DNA of 64,000 bases, taken from assembly GCA_963701095.1 (NCBI GenBank), contig OY969564.1, positions 256,001-320,000 of the forward strand. Reading direction: 5' to 3'. Source of the stretch: an uncultured Methanoregulaceae archaeon. GTDB taxonomy: Archaea; Halobacteriota; Methanomicrobia; Methanomicrobiales; Methanospirillaceae. The position numbers were made by a program, and so were the translations under genes. The notes beneath the pieces are model-generated. The model worked only from the letters and a program-made list of their open reading frames with translations. It made no database searches and was not told the origin of the DNA. Shown here piece by piece: positions 1 through 11,532 of the stretch (position 1 is the first letter of the stretch; each line of letters opens with the position of its first letter).

Positions 1-484
1 CACTGCACCACTCGCAACACGGTTCAATCGAATCTCCCGTATGCCCGTAAAAGAGACAGAAAACGGGGATCTGCTCAGAACAGGGGAAGTCCTTCTGTCT
101 AAGGCAGGTGTTCATACCATGATCGGGGCGGCAATGACGGGCGAAGGGAAAAGAACGGGGCGGATTATTCATTCCAGCTCCCCACCCCTCCATGGGGTCC
201 GGCCCGCTGTGGATAAGACGTTTGAATCAGCCGCTCAGGTTTTTGGGAAAAATATTGTTGCCGTTATTTTGAGCGGTATGGGAAATGATGCCGGTGCCGG
301 TGCCGCAGTGATCAAAGCGGCCGGAGGGACGAGTATCATCTGTGATGAGAAAGACTGCCTTGTATATGGGATGGCACGATCCGCCATCCAGAATAATGCA
401 GTAGACAAGGTGGTTCCTCTTGCAAAGATTCCTGATGTCATTGAGAAGATAGTTGAAAAAATGGCGGAGGGATCCCATGTCTGA
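1..484 (+). CDS. cheB: Chemotaxis methylesterase CheB, C-terminal part (5' end outside window)
   Basis: RPAVD, ILSGMGNDAG and VYGMAR methylesterase-domain motifs; directly upstream of cheA. Confidence 0.9.
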   Translation, partial: TAPLATRFNRISRMPVKETENGDLLRTGEVLLSKAGVHTMIGAAMTGEGKRTGRIIHSSSPPLHGVRPAVDKTFESAAQVFGKNIVAVILSGMGNDAGAGAAVIKAAGGTSIICDEKDCLVYGMARSAIQNNAVDKVVPLAKIPDVIEKIVEKMAEGSHV

Positions 485-2439
485 ATTTGAACAGTATCGC
501 TCACTGTTTGTTGCCGAATCCCGTGAAAACCACGAAAATCTGGTAAACTATCTTTTGGCGCTGGAGAAAGGCATTGATCAGACCGCCATTGATGAAATCT
601 TCCGGTCTATCCATACCCTCAAAGGGGCATCTGCATCTATGGGTTTTGCAGATATGGAACGTCTCTGTCATACGATGGAGGATGCACTGCAGCTTATCCG
701 CAGCGGTAGTGCCGAGATGTCTGAGGACCTGGGGAATGTCCTGCTATCATGTACTGATTTGATTGAAGAAATGCTCGATGACATAGAGACCGGCGGAGAT
801 TCTTCTTCCAAAAATCCCGATAAACAGGTCCATGCACTTCGGATCTGGCTCGAGGCGCAAGATACTACAGGTGGGCCGGATAAACCACGGGAAAGTCCTG
901 AGCATAAGACGGAGAGTTGTGAACCTGAAGCTGTACAGGTAGAGGATGCTGAACAAGGGACTGGAGTGGAATATACTATGACTATCATAGTTTCCCCGGA
1001 TTGCATGATGAAGGATGTCCGTGCAATGATAGCGATCCAGAACCTGGAAGCACTCGGTACGATACGGTCATTGCAGCCCTCCAAAGAGGAGATAGATGAG
1101 GGCAAGTTCGATGGTACGGCAAAACTCACCATTTTTAGCGATGCCGGAGAGGTAGCACTCAGGACAGCAGCTCAGGGCAGTGAAATATCTACAGTCGAGA
1201 TTCAGGCTACGGAAGAAGCGTCAGCTGTGGCAGCGGTACCAACTCCTGGAAAGAAACCGGCCGAGCCTGATCGAAAGCAAACCGCTGCGGCAGACAAGAA
1301 TCGTGAAATAAAAAATCTCCGGGTGGATATCAGCCAGCTCGACCACATCATGAACCTTGTCGAAGATCTGGTCATTAACCGGGGCCGGCTCAAACAGATC
1401 GCGGAAGAGAGGAAAATAAAAGAGATGGACGAGGCGATCAGTATGGTGGAACGGTCAGTTTCTGAGCTCCAGAATCTGATGATGATCATCCGTATGATCC
1501 CGCTCTCTCATATTTTCAACCGTCTCCCCCGGGTCGTACGTGATGTTGCCCAGTACGATCACAAAGAAGTCGAATTCATCATGGAAGGTGGGGATACAGA
1601 ACTTGACCGGAGTGTTATGGACGGACTCAATGATCCGCTTCTCCACCTGATCAGAAATGCGGTAAATCACGGTATCGAGGACCCGGAGACACGGATAAAG
1701 GCGGGAAAACCCGGTAAAGGGCTTGTCCGGCTGAGTGCACGTCGGGACCGTGATAACGTCATCATCCAACTCACAGATGATGGCGCCGGTATCAACGTCG
1801 AGAAAGTCAAGAAAAAAGCTGTAGAAAAAGGTCTTATATCGCCCGAAGCTGCTGCGACGCTCAGGTACCTGAGGAGGCAATCGATCTACTGTTTCAGCCA
1901 GGCTTTTCCACGGCTGATACTATTACGGATATATCAGGAAGAGGTGTTGGCCTTGATGTCGTCAGACGGTCTATTGAATCTCTTAAAGGGACTATAAAAG
2001 TTGAGACAACACCGGGAAAGGGAAGCGTTTTTGACTTCTTCTTCCGCCAACCATGGCCATTGTAGACGTTATGATAGTCCGAATCAATAATAAACGTCTG
2101 GCAATACCTATCAGTAGCATTGTCGAAGTTGCAAATTTCAAAAAGGATAGCATGCACCGTATCGGCAAAGGAGATGTGACACTTATACGGGATGAAGTGC
2201 TTCAGATCCTCTGGCTGAATGAAATGATCGGGGGTTCAGATCATTGCGAGATCCTTATTGTCGTTCAGTACCAGAAACGGAAATGTTGCATTCCTGTCGA
2301 TGCAGTTGAGGGCAAACAGGAAGTCGTTGTAAAGCCGTTGAGCAGTTTTATAGGAACCACGAAAGGGATCAGCGGGGTCACTATTCTCGGTGATGGTGAT
2401 GTTGTGCCGGTTCTTGATGTAAATACGATGGAGGAATGA
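477..2439 (+). CDS. cheA: Chemotaxis histidine kinase CheA, split by two apparent frameshifts (about 1865 and 2030)
   Basis: HPt IFRSIHTLKG; HATPase LHLIRNAVNHG and DDGAG; FST...GRGVGLDVV continues in another frame; C-terminal CheW domain in ORF 2053-2439. Confidence 0.93.
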
Positions 2440-2446
2440 ACAACTT

Positions 2447-3058
2447 ATGAAGCTATCATCAACCCAGATTGACGCGATGCAGGAACTGGGAAATATTGGC
2501 GCAGCACATGCCGCCACAACTCTTTCCCAGATGTTGTCAAGCACGGTCGAGATGAGCGTACCGAAAATCAAGGTAGTCGATGTTGCAAAGCTCGCTGACC
2601 ATATTGGGGAAGAACCAGCAGCTCTTGTGATCTTTGAATTGCAGGGTGAATTTCCTCACGGGGGATACATAATAGTGTATATCTCCCGGAAATCGGCGGT
2701 CCGTCTGACTAATACCATGCTTGGCCTGACGGATCCGGATCGACCCCTTGACGAAATGGACGAAAGCGCCCTCATTGAGATCGGTAATATTATGGCTTCG
2801 GCGTTTCTTGATGCCACTGCCGAACTTCTTGGTTTTGTTATGCTTCCCTCTCCCCCGTCTCTCACCATTGACATGGCTCATGCAGCGATGCAATCTCTTA
2901 TTGCTCAAATGCAGGAAGAGATTGATGAAGTTATGCTGTTTTCCACTGAGCTGATCTGTGAGGAGCATAAGATAGACAGCGACATCATCATGATGCCGGA
3001 AGTATCCATGCTCAAAACATTTGTCGAACGCTTAGAAAACCTGATGAAATCCAACTGA
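2447..3058 (+). CDS. cheC: Chemotaxis phosphatase CheC
   Basis: Two ExxN motifs (ELGNIG, EIGNIM); che operon context. Confidence 0.92.
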   Translation: MKLSSTQIDAMQELGNIGAAHAATTLSQMLSSTVEMSVPKIKVVDVAKLADHIGEEPAALVIFELQGEFPHGGYIIVYISRKSAVRLTNTMLGLTDPDRPLDEMDESALIEIGNIMASAFLDATAELLGFVMLPSPPSLTIDMAHAAMQSLIAQMQEEIDEVMLFSTELICEEHKIDSDIIMMPEVSMLKTFVERLENLMKSN

Positions 3059-3074
3059 AACCCCCGGATCTGTG

Positions 3075-3566
3075 ATGTCTGAACCCGCTCCCCAGAACAA
3101 AGGACAGGTAATGATCGGTATCGGTGAGTACTACATAGGAACTTCACCAATGATGACGATCGGCTTGGGATCCTGTATTGGCCTGACAATCTATGACCGG
3201 GATCTTCACATCGGAGCAATGGTGCATATAATGCTGCCCGAGAGCTCCGGGCGCACTGATCGACCGGGAAAATACGCAGACAGCGCAGTCCCCCTTCTCA
3301 TTACCAAGTTAACTGAGAAAGGATCCAAGCGATCATCGCTGGTAGCAAAAATGGCCGGTGGTGCGTGCATGTTTGAATATTTTGGCAACAACCTCAATAT
3401 AGGCGAGAGAAACGCCGAGAAAGTCCGAATCGCTCTTGCGGAGGAGCATATCCGTTTAAGCGGGGAGGAAGTCGGGGGGAAAAACGGCAGGACGGTTTCT
3501 TTTTTTCCAGAAGAGGGCGGAAAAGTTACTGTCAGGAGTGCTGATGGAGCTGCACACGAAATATAA
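3075..3566 (+). CDS. cheD: Chemoreceptor glutamine deamidase CheD
   Basis: TIGLGSCIG, HIMLP, KYAD, AKMAGGA and IGERN motifs. Confidence 0.93.
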   Translation: MSEPAPQNKGQVMIGIGEYYIGTSPMMTIGLGSCIGLTIYDRDLHIGAMVHIMLPESSGRTDRPGKYADSAVPLLITKLTEKGSKRSSLVAKMAGGACMFEYFGNNLNIGERNAEKVRIALAEEHIRLSGEEVGGKNGRTVSFFPEEGGKVTVRSADGAAHEI

Positions 3567-4746
3567 ACTTTTTCTCTCTTTTCTGGTTGTTATTTGTTTT
3601 ATATCAGTTGTTGCCGGAGCCAATACGACACTGGATCAGCAACCGATGGTAACCCTCTTTTCGTCCCTCGTCGGATTCAATATCGTCTGCGCAGATTAAT
3701 GCAATAATTAACGGTCCTGGCGGTCAGGTCCTTATTGCACCCCGCTTGGGCTTTTAACATGTACCGACAGGCTGGAGTACTTTGAACCTCAATCGCAACA
3801 ATCTTTCGAACGGACTTCTGGACAACTTTGTGACAGCTCTTGCATATGACAATACCTGTAACCTCTGGATCGGTTATGCAGGAGGAGTCCAGATTTATGA
3901 CGGGAGTAATTTCCAGACTATTACCAGACAGGAACTGTTAAAAGTCTCCAGATCCGGGCTCTTCAGCGCTGGGATGATGGTATGTGGGTGGCAACCGGCA
4001 ATGAAGGACTGAGCCGGTTTACCTACAATACCTGGACCCGGTATGCACCTTTTTCTCCAAACGGACCGGGTTTTTTTGAGGCTGACAGTATGGCGCTCGA
4101 CAGTGCCACGGATACCCTCCTTGTGGCAACTGATCGAGAAGGGCTTTGGCAGATAAATCAGTCCACAGGTACGTATTTTTTTAACGAAATTGAATCGAAT
4201 AAGGATCCTTACGGGATGCTCGATCATGTGCGAAAGGATCCGTTCGGCGGTGTTTACTTCTTTAATATGACTCAAGTTGTGCATTACGATAATGCCACCG
4301 GGTTCACGCCGATCCTTTCCAGCGAGAATTTTTCCGGGGGGATGTCCAACATCAATGACGTAGCTAAAGGATCCGGGGGGAACCTGTATGTCGCTACAGA
4401 TCGTGGGATTTATGTCTGGAATAATAGGGTGATTACCCGGCATCTGGGAATATTCGAGGGCTTCGGAACCAACTCCCCCGGCATCAAGAAAGTCTTTGTC
4501 GACGCAAAGGGCCGTCTCTGGTTTTCCACGTTGAATAATATCGGGTACTATACCGGCGATGTATCTTCGGCCCCGCTCATTCCTGTTGAGATCATGACAC
4601 CGACCCCCATGTCAACGCCGGACCTGGTAAATATTTCACAAACCCTGATGTCCGAAGGCAATTCGCAACAGGGGAAATCTTCAGTCCTTGATAGTATATT
4701 TAATTTCTTTACCGGGATTATACCGTTTCTTCAGCCTTCTCATTGA
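3544..4746 (+). CDS. Secreted beta-propeller (two-component-regulator-propeller-like) protein, frameshifted
   Basis: Signal-peptide-like start MELHTKYKLFLSFLVVICFISVVAGA at ATG 3544; repeated blades LWIG, WVATGNEGL, LLVATDREGL, LYVATDRGI, LWFST spread over several frames. Confidence 0.6.
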
Positions 4747-4786
4747 ACACAAGAGTACGTGATCTGATAAGGAACTCGCTTCAGAC

Positions 4787-6559
4787 TCATTCGTCATCTG
4801 CGGCATAGTAATAATATTCGCCGCGACCTTTTTGTTCCCGGTCCAGGAACGAATCAGGTTTGTTAATCCGGGGCCGGCCTGTCTGGTCCCTGCGGAACGT
4901 CACATCAAGTGCCTTTAAAAACCGGTTCATACCATCTCGCATAGCAAAGGGGCCGGCGGCTGTTCCTTTTATCCCTGGTTCGCCTTCAAAGACAAGGATC
5001 CTCTCGCTGATCATGTCAATGAGGTAGATGTCGTGATCGATAACAAGAATAGCAACCTTCTTTCCTTCTGCGTGGTGCTTGATAAGCCGGGTTACTTTCA
5101 CCCGTTGTTCGACATCGAGATGGGCACTGGGTTCATCGAGTATATAGAGATCTGCATCACGTGAGAGGCAGGCAGCGATTGCTACCCGCTGCAATTCGCC
5201 GCCGCTCAGAGAATCGACCGGAGACTGGAGGATAGCCTGAAGCGAGAGTGGTTCGAGAATTTCATGCTGGTAATAGGAGCTGTCAAATTTGCTTGTACAA
5301 TGACGCAGGAACATCTCAACGGAATCAGAGGTTTCTGCTTTGATGTACTGCGGTTTATACGATATCCGGAGCGTTGTGTCCATGGAGCCGGAATCAGGTT
5401 TTTCCACACCGGCAAGCAATTTGGCAAATGTACTTTTGCCCATGCCATTTGCACCTATAACTCCCAGTACTTCCCCGGCCTTAATAGTGCCTCCGGAGAT
5501 GGTGAGGTAGAACGTTTCGTAGTTTTTCGTGAGTGGGGGGACCTCAACCAAATCTTCCCGTTTTGATCCTTTCTCGTGTGCTCTTTTTTCAAAGATTACC
5601 TGGGTGTCCCGGAATCTGACATTCTCCTCCGCGAGATATCCTTCAAGATACTGGTTAATGCCGACCCGTACGCCCTTAGGCCGGGTGATAACACCAAAAA
5701 CCGCCGGCTTACCGTACCCGATATGCACCGTATCCGCGAGCATGTCGAGGATGGCAAGGTCATGTTCGACTATGACTACCGGATGTTCTGTTGCTAACTC
5801 CCGGATCAGTTTTGCAGCTGAAATTCGTTGGTAAATGTCAAGAAAAGGTGTTATCTCGTCGAGGAAATAGAGGTCAGCATTTCTTGCAAGGCATGCTGTA
5901 ATCGCCACTCTCTGGAGTTCTCCACCACTGAGCGTACCAATCTCATGATCGAGGATTGCATCGAGTTTCAGTGCCGGAACAAGCTCATCGAGTTTCCCCC
6001 GTTCATCAGTTTTTTTAAGGAGATCTCTGATCGTTCCGGAATACATTTTCGGGATAAAATCAATGTACTGGGGCTTGACAGCAATTTTTTTACTCTTTTT
6101 TGAAACCGTCTGGAGATAATCGAAAAGTTCGGTTCCAGCGTAACGTTTCAGGATCTCCTCCCAGGCTATTTCAATATCAAAATTCCCCAGGTTCGGGCGA
6201 AGTTGGCCGGAGAGAATTTTAACCGCAGTACTTTTCCCGATACCATTTGCACCAAGGATACCGGTGACTTTTCCCAGAACTGGTATTGGAAGGCCGTAGA
6301 GCGCAAACCCGTTTTGCCCATAACGGTGTGTAGGATGTTGGAGTTCTTCGGGAAGGCTGACAATATCAATGGCACCAAAGGGACATTTCTTAATGCAAAT
6401 GCCACAACCAACACAGAGCTCTTCGGAGACAAGAGCTTTACCGTCTTCACCGATCATTACTGTCTCGTCGCCGGTCCGAACCCGGGGACAGTAAATGATA
6501 CATTCGGTACCGCATTTTTTCGCATGGCAGCGATCCTTGTGGACTATGGCAATTCTCAT
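4787..6559 (-). CDS. rli1: Ribosome recycling ATPase ABCE1/Rli1
   Basis: N-terminal 2x[4Fe-4S] Cys motifs; two ABC domains (GANGIGKST, GANGMGKST, LSGGELQR twice); C-terminal GRPRINK. Confidence 0.97.
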   Translation of the reverse strand: MRIAIVHKDRCHAKKCGTECIIYCPRVRTGDETVMIGEDGKALVSEELCVGCGICIKKCPFGAIDIVSLPEELQHPTHRYGQNGFALYGLPIPVLGKVTGILGANGIGKSTAVKILSGQLRPNLGNFDIEIAWEEILKRYAGTELFDYLQTVSKKSKKIAVKPQYIDFIPKMYSGTIRDLLKKTDERGKLDELVPALKLDAILDHEIGTLSGGELQRVAITACLARNADLYFLDEITPFLDIYQRISAAKLIRELATEHPVVIVEHDLAILDMLADTVHIGYGKPAVFGVITRPKGVRVGINQYLEGYLAEENVRFRDTQVIFEKRAHEKGSKREDLVEVPPLTKNYETFYLTISGGTIKAGEVLGVIGANGMGKSTFAKLLAGVEKPDSGSMDTTLRISYKPQYIKAETSDSVEMFLRHCTSKFDSSYYQHEILEPLSLQAILQSPVDSLSGGELQRVAIAACLSRDADLYILDEPSAHLDVEQRVKVTRLIKHHAEGKKVAILVIDHDIYLIDMISERILVFEGEPGIKGTAAGPFAMRDGMNRFLKALDVTFRRDQTGRPRINKPDSFLDREQKGRGEYYYYAADDE

Positions 6560-6581
6560 GGGGATCAGAAAGAGTTGGGGA

Positions 6582-7187
6582 TTAGGATGTTACAACCGGA
6601 TAAACGGTGATGTAATCAGTCTTCGTTATTGTGTTATTTCCGTAAGCATTTGTTGCAGTTAAATTGACGGTGAAGTTTCCGGCAGATGCATAGGTTTTTA
6701 CCGGATCCTGCACCGTTGAAAAAGTACCGTCCCCCAGACTCCAATTCCAGGCAGTCGGCGTGTTTGAACTGGAGTCAGTAAAATTAACAGCAAGAGGAGC
6801 AGACCCCGAACTAACGTTGGAGGAGAAACCGGCAACCGGTACCATAGCGGAAAGCAGGATGGTCCATGTCATAACCCAGAACGCAAATGTCATGAATCCT
6901 TGGTATAACCAGTCCTTTGCACCCAGTTTTGAACTGTCAATGTGCATAAGGATGAAGATATGCCTCTGGAGCACAACCCCGGCAAGCATCAGCATGAACG
7001 CTAAAAGCCCGATATCGTTTTTTACGGTAATCTGCAGGTAATAGGACAGAACACCTACAAAGATACCCGCAATACAGGCCACCAGTGTCTTTTTTATACG
7101 GACTATATGATCAGCCTGTTTTTCCAGTTTGGTCTTGTTTTTTCTGGAAAGAACGGGTTGTTCTTCTTCGCGGGTATCTTCGGTCAT
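6582..7187 (-). CDS. Archaeal EMC6-like membrane protein with C-terminal PKD domain
   Basis: Three TM segments ending KDWLYQGFMTFAFWVMTWTILL; then PKD signature APLAVNFTD...WNWSLGDG...GNFTVNLTATN. Confidence 0.7.
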   Translation of the reverse strand: MTEDTREEEQPVLSRKNKTKLEKQADHIVRIKKTLVACIAGIFVGVLSYYLQITVKNDIGLLAFMLMLAGVVLQRHIFILMHIDSSKLGAKDWLYQGFMTFAFWVMTWTILLSAMVPVAGFSSNVSSGSAPLAVNFTDSSSNTPTAWNWSLGDGTFSTVQDPVKTYASAGNFTVNLTATNAYGNNTITKTDYITVYPVVTS

Positions 7188-7248
7188 CCTGAATCACCTA
7201 GTAGTCTTATTTTTTAGTGCGCAAGCCATATGTACCTTAGTATACCCC

Positions 7249-9154
7249 ATGGCGACTACACAGGGCATGAGTGGGATTGATGTACGGTCGGTAACGTACG
7301 AACTCTGCGGTAAGCTGCCACTCTGGATCGACAAAATCTATCAGTTCGAAACCCGGACACTTGGCATCCGCTTAAACGGAGAAGAGCATGCGAAATTCCT
7401 GTTGCTCATAGAGGCCGGGAGAAGGGTACACCTGGTGAAAAATTTCCCGACACCACCAAAGAACCCTCCACAGTTTGCCATGTTCCTGCGGAAATATCTC
7501 TCAGGCGGAAAAGTACTTGCTATCCGGCAGCACGGTCTTGAGCGTATTCTTATTTTCGATATAGGAAAGGGAACTCTTACGTATCGGCTCATTATCGAGC
7601 TTTTTGATGAAGGAAATGTTATCCTCACGGACGAATCGTACCGGATTATAAAACCCCTTCGACATCACCGGTTCAAAGACCGGGATATCGTCCCTGATGC
7701 CATATACGCATTAAGCGTGACTGATCCAACAGGGTCTCTCGAAAACCTCGCGATAACCCTTGCCGGGGACGACCGGGATCTCGTACGTGCTCTTGCTATC
7801 TCTTGTATGCTCGGGGGCACATATGCGGAATATGTGTGCCGAACAGCTGGTATCGATAAAGCAATGCCTGCACTAAAGGCAGATCCCGGATTACTGTTTA
7901 AAGCACTTACCTCTCTTTTTGATAAAGTCCAACATCACGTTCATCCGATCCTTTCAGGCACCAGCTGCGAACCGGTAATTCTTACTCCAGAACCAGGCAG
8001 TCCATCAAACGAAACAAACCGGTTCTCTGGTTTTTCAGAAGCGCTTGAAGCATTCTATCCTATGACAAAAGCAGAAAAAGTACGGGTTGCTTCAAAACCC
8101 AAATTTTCTGATGTGGAGAAGATTCGTAAGTACCAGGAATCAGCTATAAAAAAATTCGATGAAAAGATCAAAAAAACCGAAGAAATAGTTGCTGCCATCT
8201 ATGAGAACTACCAGTTTGTTGTGCATCTTATCTCCTCTCTTGATACCGCAAGTAAACGCCTTTCCTGGCAGGAAATCGAACACCATCTCCGTGATACCAG
8301 TTCTGCCGATGCTAAACGTATTGTGACTTTCTACCCCGATGAGGCGGCTGTAGAAGTTGATATCGGAAAAAAAGTCAAGATTTTTGTACACGAAAGCATC
8401 GAACAAAATGCCGGCCGGTATTATGATATCATTAAAAAATTCAAGAAGAAAAAAGAAGGTGCCCTACGGGCAATGAAAACGGTAAAAACCAAGAAGAAAA
8501 CGATTCATCGTACAGATCGTTCCTATGAAAAAACTCTGGTATCATCGGTTCCGGTGGTTTGTGACGAGTGATAATATCGTTGTCCTGGGTGGACGGGACG
8601 CCTCACAGAATGAGGAACTGGTGAAAAAGTATATGGCCGGCGGCGATCTCTTTGTCCACGCTGATGTTCATGGTGCGAGCGTTGTGATCGTCAAAGGCAA
8701 AACTGAGCGGATGGACGAAGTGGCCCAGTTTGCAGCGTCGTATTCGGGCGCATGGCGGAGCGGGCATTTTTCTGCCGACGTGTATAGTGCTCTGCCAACC
8801 CAGGTAAGTAAGACTCCTGAATCCGGTGAATTTGTTTCCCGTGGTTCTTTTATTGTCCGGGGCGAACGCACCTATTATCGCGATGTCCCGCTTGCGATCG
8901 GTATTGGATTAATCCTTGAACCTCAGGCTGCAGTCATCGGGGGGCCATCCTCTGTTATTCATTCGAGAACCAAGATTTTTGCAGAGTTAAAACCCGGCCA
9001 GTTTGAACCAAACGATGTGGCAAAGAAAGTGTTGCGTATTCTCCGGCAGAATGTATCCCCGGATGAAGAAAAACTCCTTAAGGGAATACTCAATACCGAC
9101 TCAGTTGCGGCTTTTGTTCCTCCCGGAGGTTCTGATATTTCGGGGATGAAATGA
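7249..9154 (+). CDS. rqcH: Ribosome quality-control protein Rqc2/RqcH (NFACT family), frameshift near 8520
   Basis: NFACT-N FAMFLRKYL...LIIELFDEGNVILTD; NFACT-R WYHRFRWF, GGRDASQNE, QVSKTPESGEFVSRGSFIVRGER. Confidence 0.92.
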
Positions 9155-10176
9155 AAGCAGATTTCGGTGAGCTCAGGGATAACACTGGCGAAATCAGGCT
9201 CCTGCCGGAGAGCATCGATGACCTCTGGCACCTTCAGCACCTGATTGCTCCCGGGGATATGGTATTTGCCACCACTTTCCGGAGTGTGGAGACTGCGACT
9301 GATAAAATCCGTCCTGAAAAGATTGAGAAACGACCCGTCAGGCTTGGCATAAGAGCCGAAAAAGTAGAGTTCTCCGAGCATGGGGTCCGGCTCAGAATAA
9401 CCGGGATCATTGAACATGGTATCGATGCTGGCGCTTACCACACGATCAATGTCGAGACCGGATATGAAATTTCCGTCATACGGCAATGGAGACCGGTAGA
9501 TTTTGAACGGATCGATCGTGCCGTGAAGGCATCAGTCTATGGTGTAATCCATATCCTGACCATCGAAGAAGGAGAGGCAGAACTTTTCCGGCTCCGTCAA
9601 TACGGCCCGGAGAGTGTGATCACTCTTACTGCGGGAAGTGGGAAAGGCAGTGAGTCTGAGACAAGAACTGGTTTTTTCGATACTGTTCTCAAAATTCTCG
9701 CTGATATATCGGGACCTCTTGTTATTGCAGGGCCCGGTTTTATAAAAGATGATTTTATCAGATACGCTAAAAACAAAAACAGTGCCTCTGCAGAACGGGC
9801 GATTGTTGTCGAAACCAGAAGAATTGGTCGCGGCGCGGTCCAGGATGTAATCGGGACGGGAACTCTTGAGAAAATTATTGGCGATCTCCAGCTTTCACGT
9901 GAAGTGAAATTGATGGATGATGTACTCCTGCGTATTTCTCAGGAAGGAGCAGTAGCTTATGGGAAAAAACAGGTCGGGAATGCGATCGAGTATGGTGCTG
10001 TTGATGAAATTCTGCTTGCTGATTCTTTGCTCCGTGACCAATCCATAGTGTGTCTGATTGAGAGTGCAGAAAAAATGAAGGCAAAAATTATCGTACTATC
10101 AACGGAATTTGAACCCGGTGAACGGCTGGAAGCGCTCGGTGGAATCGCCGCACTACTAAGGTATAAACTGGGCTAA
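9151..10176 (+). CDS. pelA: mRNA surveillance / ribosome rescue factor Pelota
   Basis: DDLWHL, YHT, GPGF and LGGIAALLRY motifs; ATGA overlap with rqcH. Confidence 0.96.
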   Translation: MKADFGELRDNTGEIRLLPESIDDLWHLQHLIAPGDMVFATTFRSVETATDKIRPEKIEKRPVRLGIRAEKVEFSEHGVRLRITGIIEHGIDAGAYHTINVETGYEISVIRQWRPVDFERIDRAVKASVYGVIHILTIEEGEAELFRLRQYGPESVITLTAGSGKGSESETRTGFFDTVLKILADISGPLVIAGPGFIKDDFIRYAKNKNSASAERAIVVETRRIGRGAVQDVIGTGTLEKIIGDLQLSREVKLMDDVLLRISQEGAVAYGKKQVGNAIEYGAVDEILLADSLLRDQSIVCLIESAEKMKAKIIVLSTEFEPGERLEALGGIAALLRYKLG

Positions 10177-10269
10177 CAGCTTAAAAACAATGATTAGAAG
10201 TTGCATCCTCTGATTTTCAAGAGAATAGAACTTAATTCTTCCGAAGAAACTCTAATAAAAAAAAATTAA

Positions 10270-10948
10270 TTAGTCTTCTTTCTTTTCCGGTCTTTTGTAG
10301 GTTTCAACCAGCGTTATCTCTGCAATGTCAGCGATGGTCTCAAAGCCTTCATGCAGGATACGGCCATGCCATAGGAGCCAGCGCCGGTCATAGTTTATTC
10401 CGGGTGGGAGATTTATGGTAGCTTTTCCGTTGTCAAGGGAAACTTCCATGTCTTTACCGGCATAGAGCCTGATGATGCCCTTTAACTGTTCAAGGGAATC
10501 AGATACAATCTCTTCGATCTTGTAATGGTACGAAAGCGTCTGGCCTGCGAGCGGAGCATTAAAATCAACAATGACCCGGGACCCGATAACATCAACGACC
10601 ACACCCTCGCCCTGATCTTCTACATTAATATGCATGCCACGTACCGGCTTGTCTTTGAACTTGTTCTTCGGGTACGACTGGACTTTTTTGGTGTCCCGTT
10701 CGCCAAAAGCCTTCTCAGGTGGTACGGTTACATCAGACTTCCGTTCCGACTTTCTTTCCGACAAGTTCCTCATCCAGGCCGGTAATAACATGTTTCTGGC
10801 CTACACAGATAGTGACAGGACCGTAGATCGCAGAAGGACTGTGGATGCCAGCAGTCTTTGCTTCTTCTTCGTCCGTTGTATCAAAAACCAGACCATTGGC
10901 AGTTCCTGTATAACTGAGCTTAACAAAATCTCCATCTTTAATCGTCAT
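10270..10948 (-). CDS. FKBP-type peptidyl-prolyl isomerase (long archaeal SlyD type), frameshifted near 10740-10790
   Basis: GDFVKLSYTG, VFDTT, VPPEKAFGER and VDFNAPLAG motifs across two frames. Confidence 0.88.
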
Positions 10949-11004
10949 AACTTCACCTGACTATATTAAATCGCAACAATGACAGATAAAAGTGTGGCAC
11001 GATT

Positions 11005-11532
11005 ATGCTCGAAATAGAACTTAAAGTAAAGGTAGATTCTCTCGATTTCGTCCGCCAGAACCTCATGAGCCGGCATGCTGAGTTTTTGGGAAAACAGCAT
11101 GAGCATGATATCTATTATAACGCTCCGCACCGCGATTTCGGAACTACTGATGAAGCCCTGCGTGTCCGGTACACAGATGGCCCTGCGCTCATCACCTATA
11201 AGGGAAAGAAAATTCAGGATCTCGGTCTTAAGGCCCGGGAGGAACTCAACACGGGTGTGGAATCCGGTGAGGTATTCGAACAGATTCTTGATAGACTCGG
11301 ATTTAAGAAAACTGCAGAAGTCAATAAGTGGCGGGAGAATTACCGGTTGGGAAATGCCTCTTTTGCACTGGATTGCGTAGATTTTCTCGGTACATTTGTC
11401 GAAATAGAAATAATGGTAGAAAACAGTGCAAAAGATGCAACCGGTAAGATTATGAGTTTAGCAAAAGAGATGGGAATTTCCGGCGAGCCTATTCTCGCCT
11501 CCTATCTTGAATTACTTCTCGCTACACGGTAA
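11005..11532 (+). CDS. cyaB: CYTH-domain protein (class IV adenylate cyclase-like / triphosphatase)
   Basis: N-terminal ExExK (EIELK); ALRVR, TYKG, KWRE and GTFVEIE motifs. Confidence 0.85.
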   Translation: MLEIELKVKVDSLDFVRQNLMSRHAEFLGKQHEHDIYYNAPHRDFGTTDEALRVRYTDGPALITYKGKKIQDLGLKAREELNTGVESGEVFEQILDRLGFKKTAEVNKWRENYRLGNASFALDCVDFLGTFVEIEIMVENSAKDATGKIMSLAKEMGISGEPILASYLELLLATR

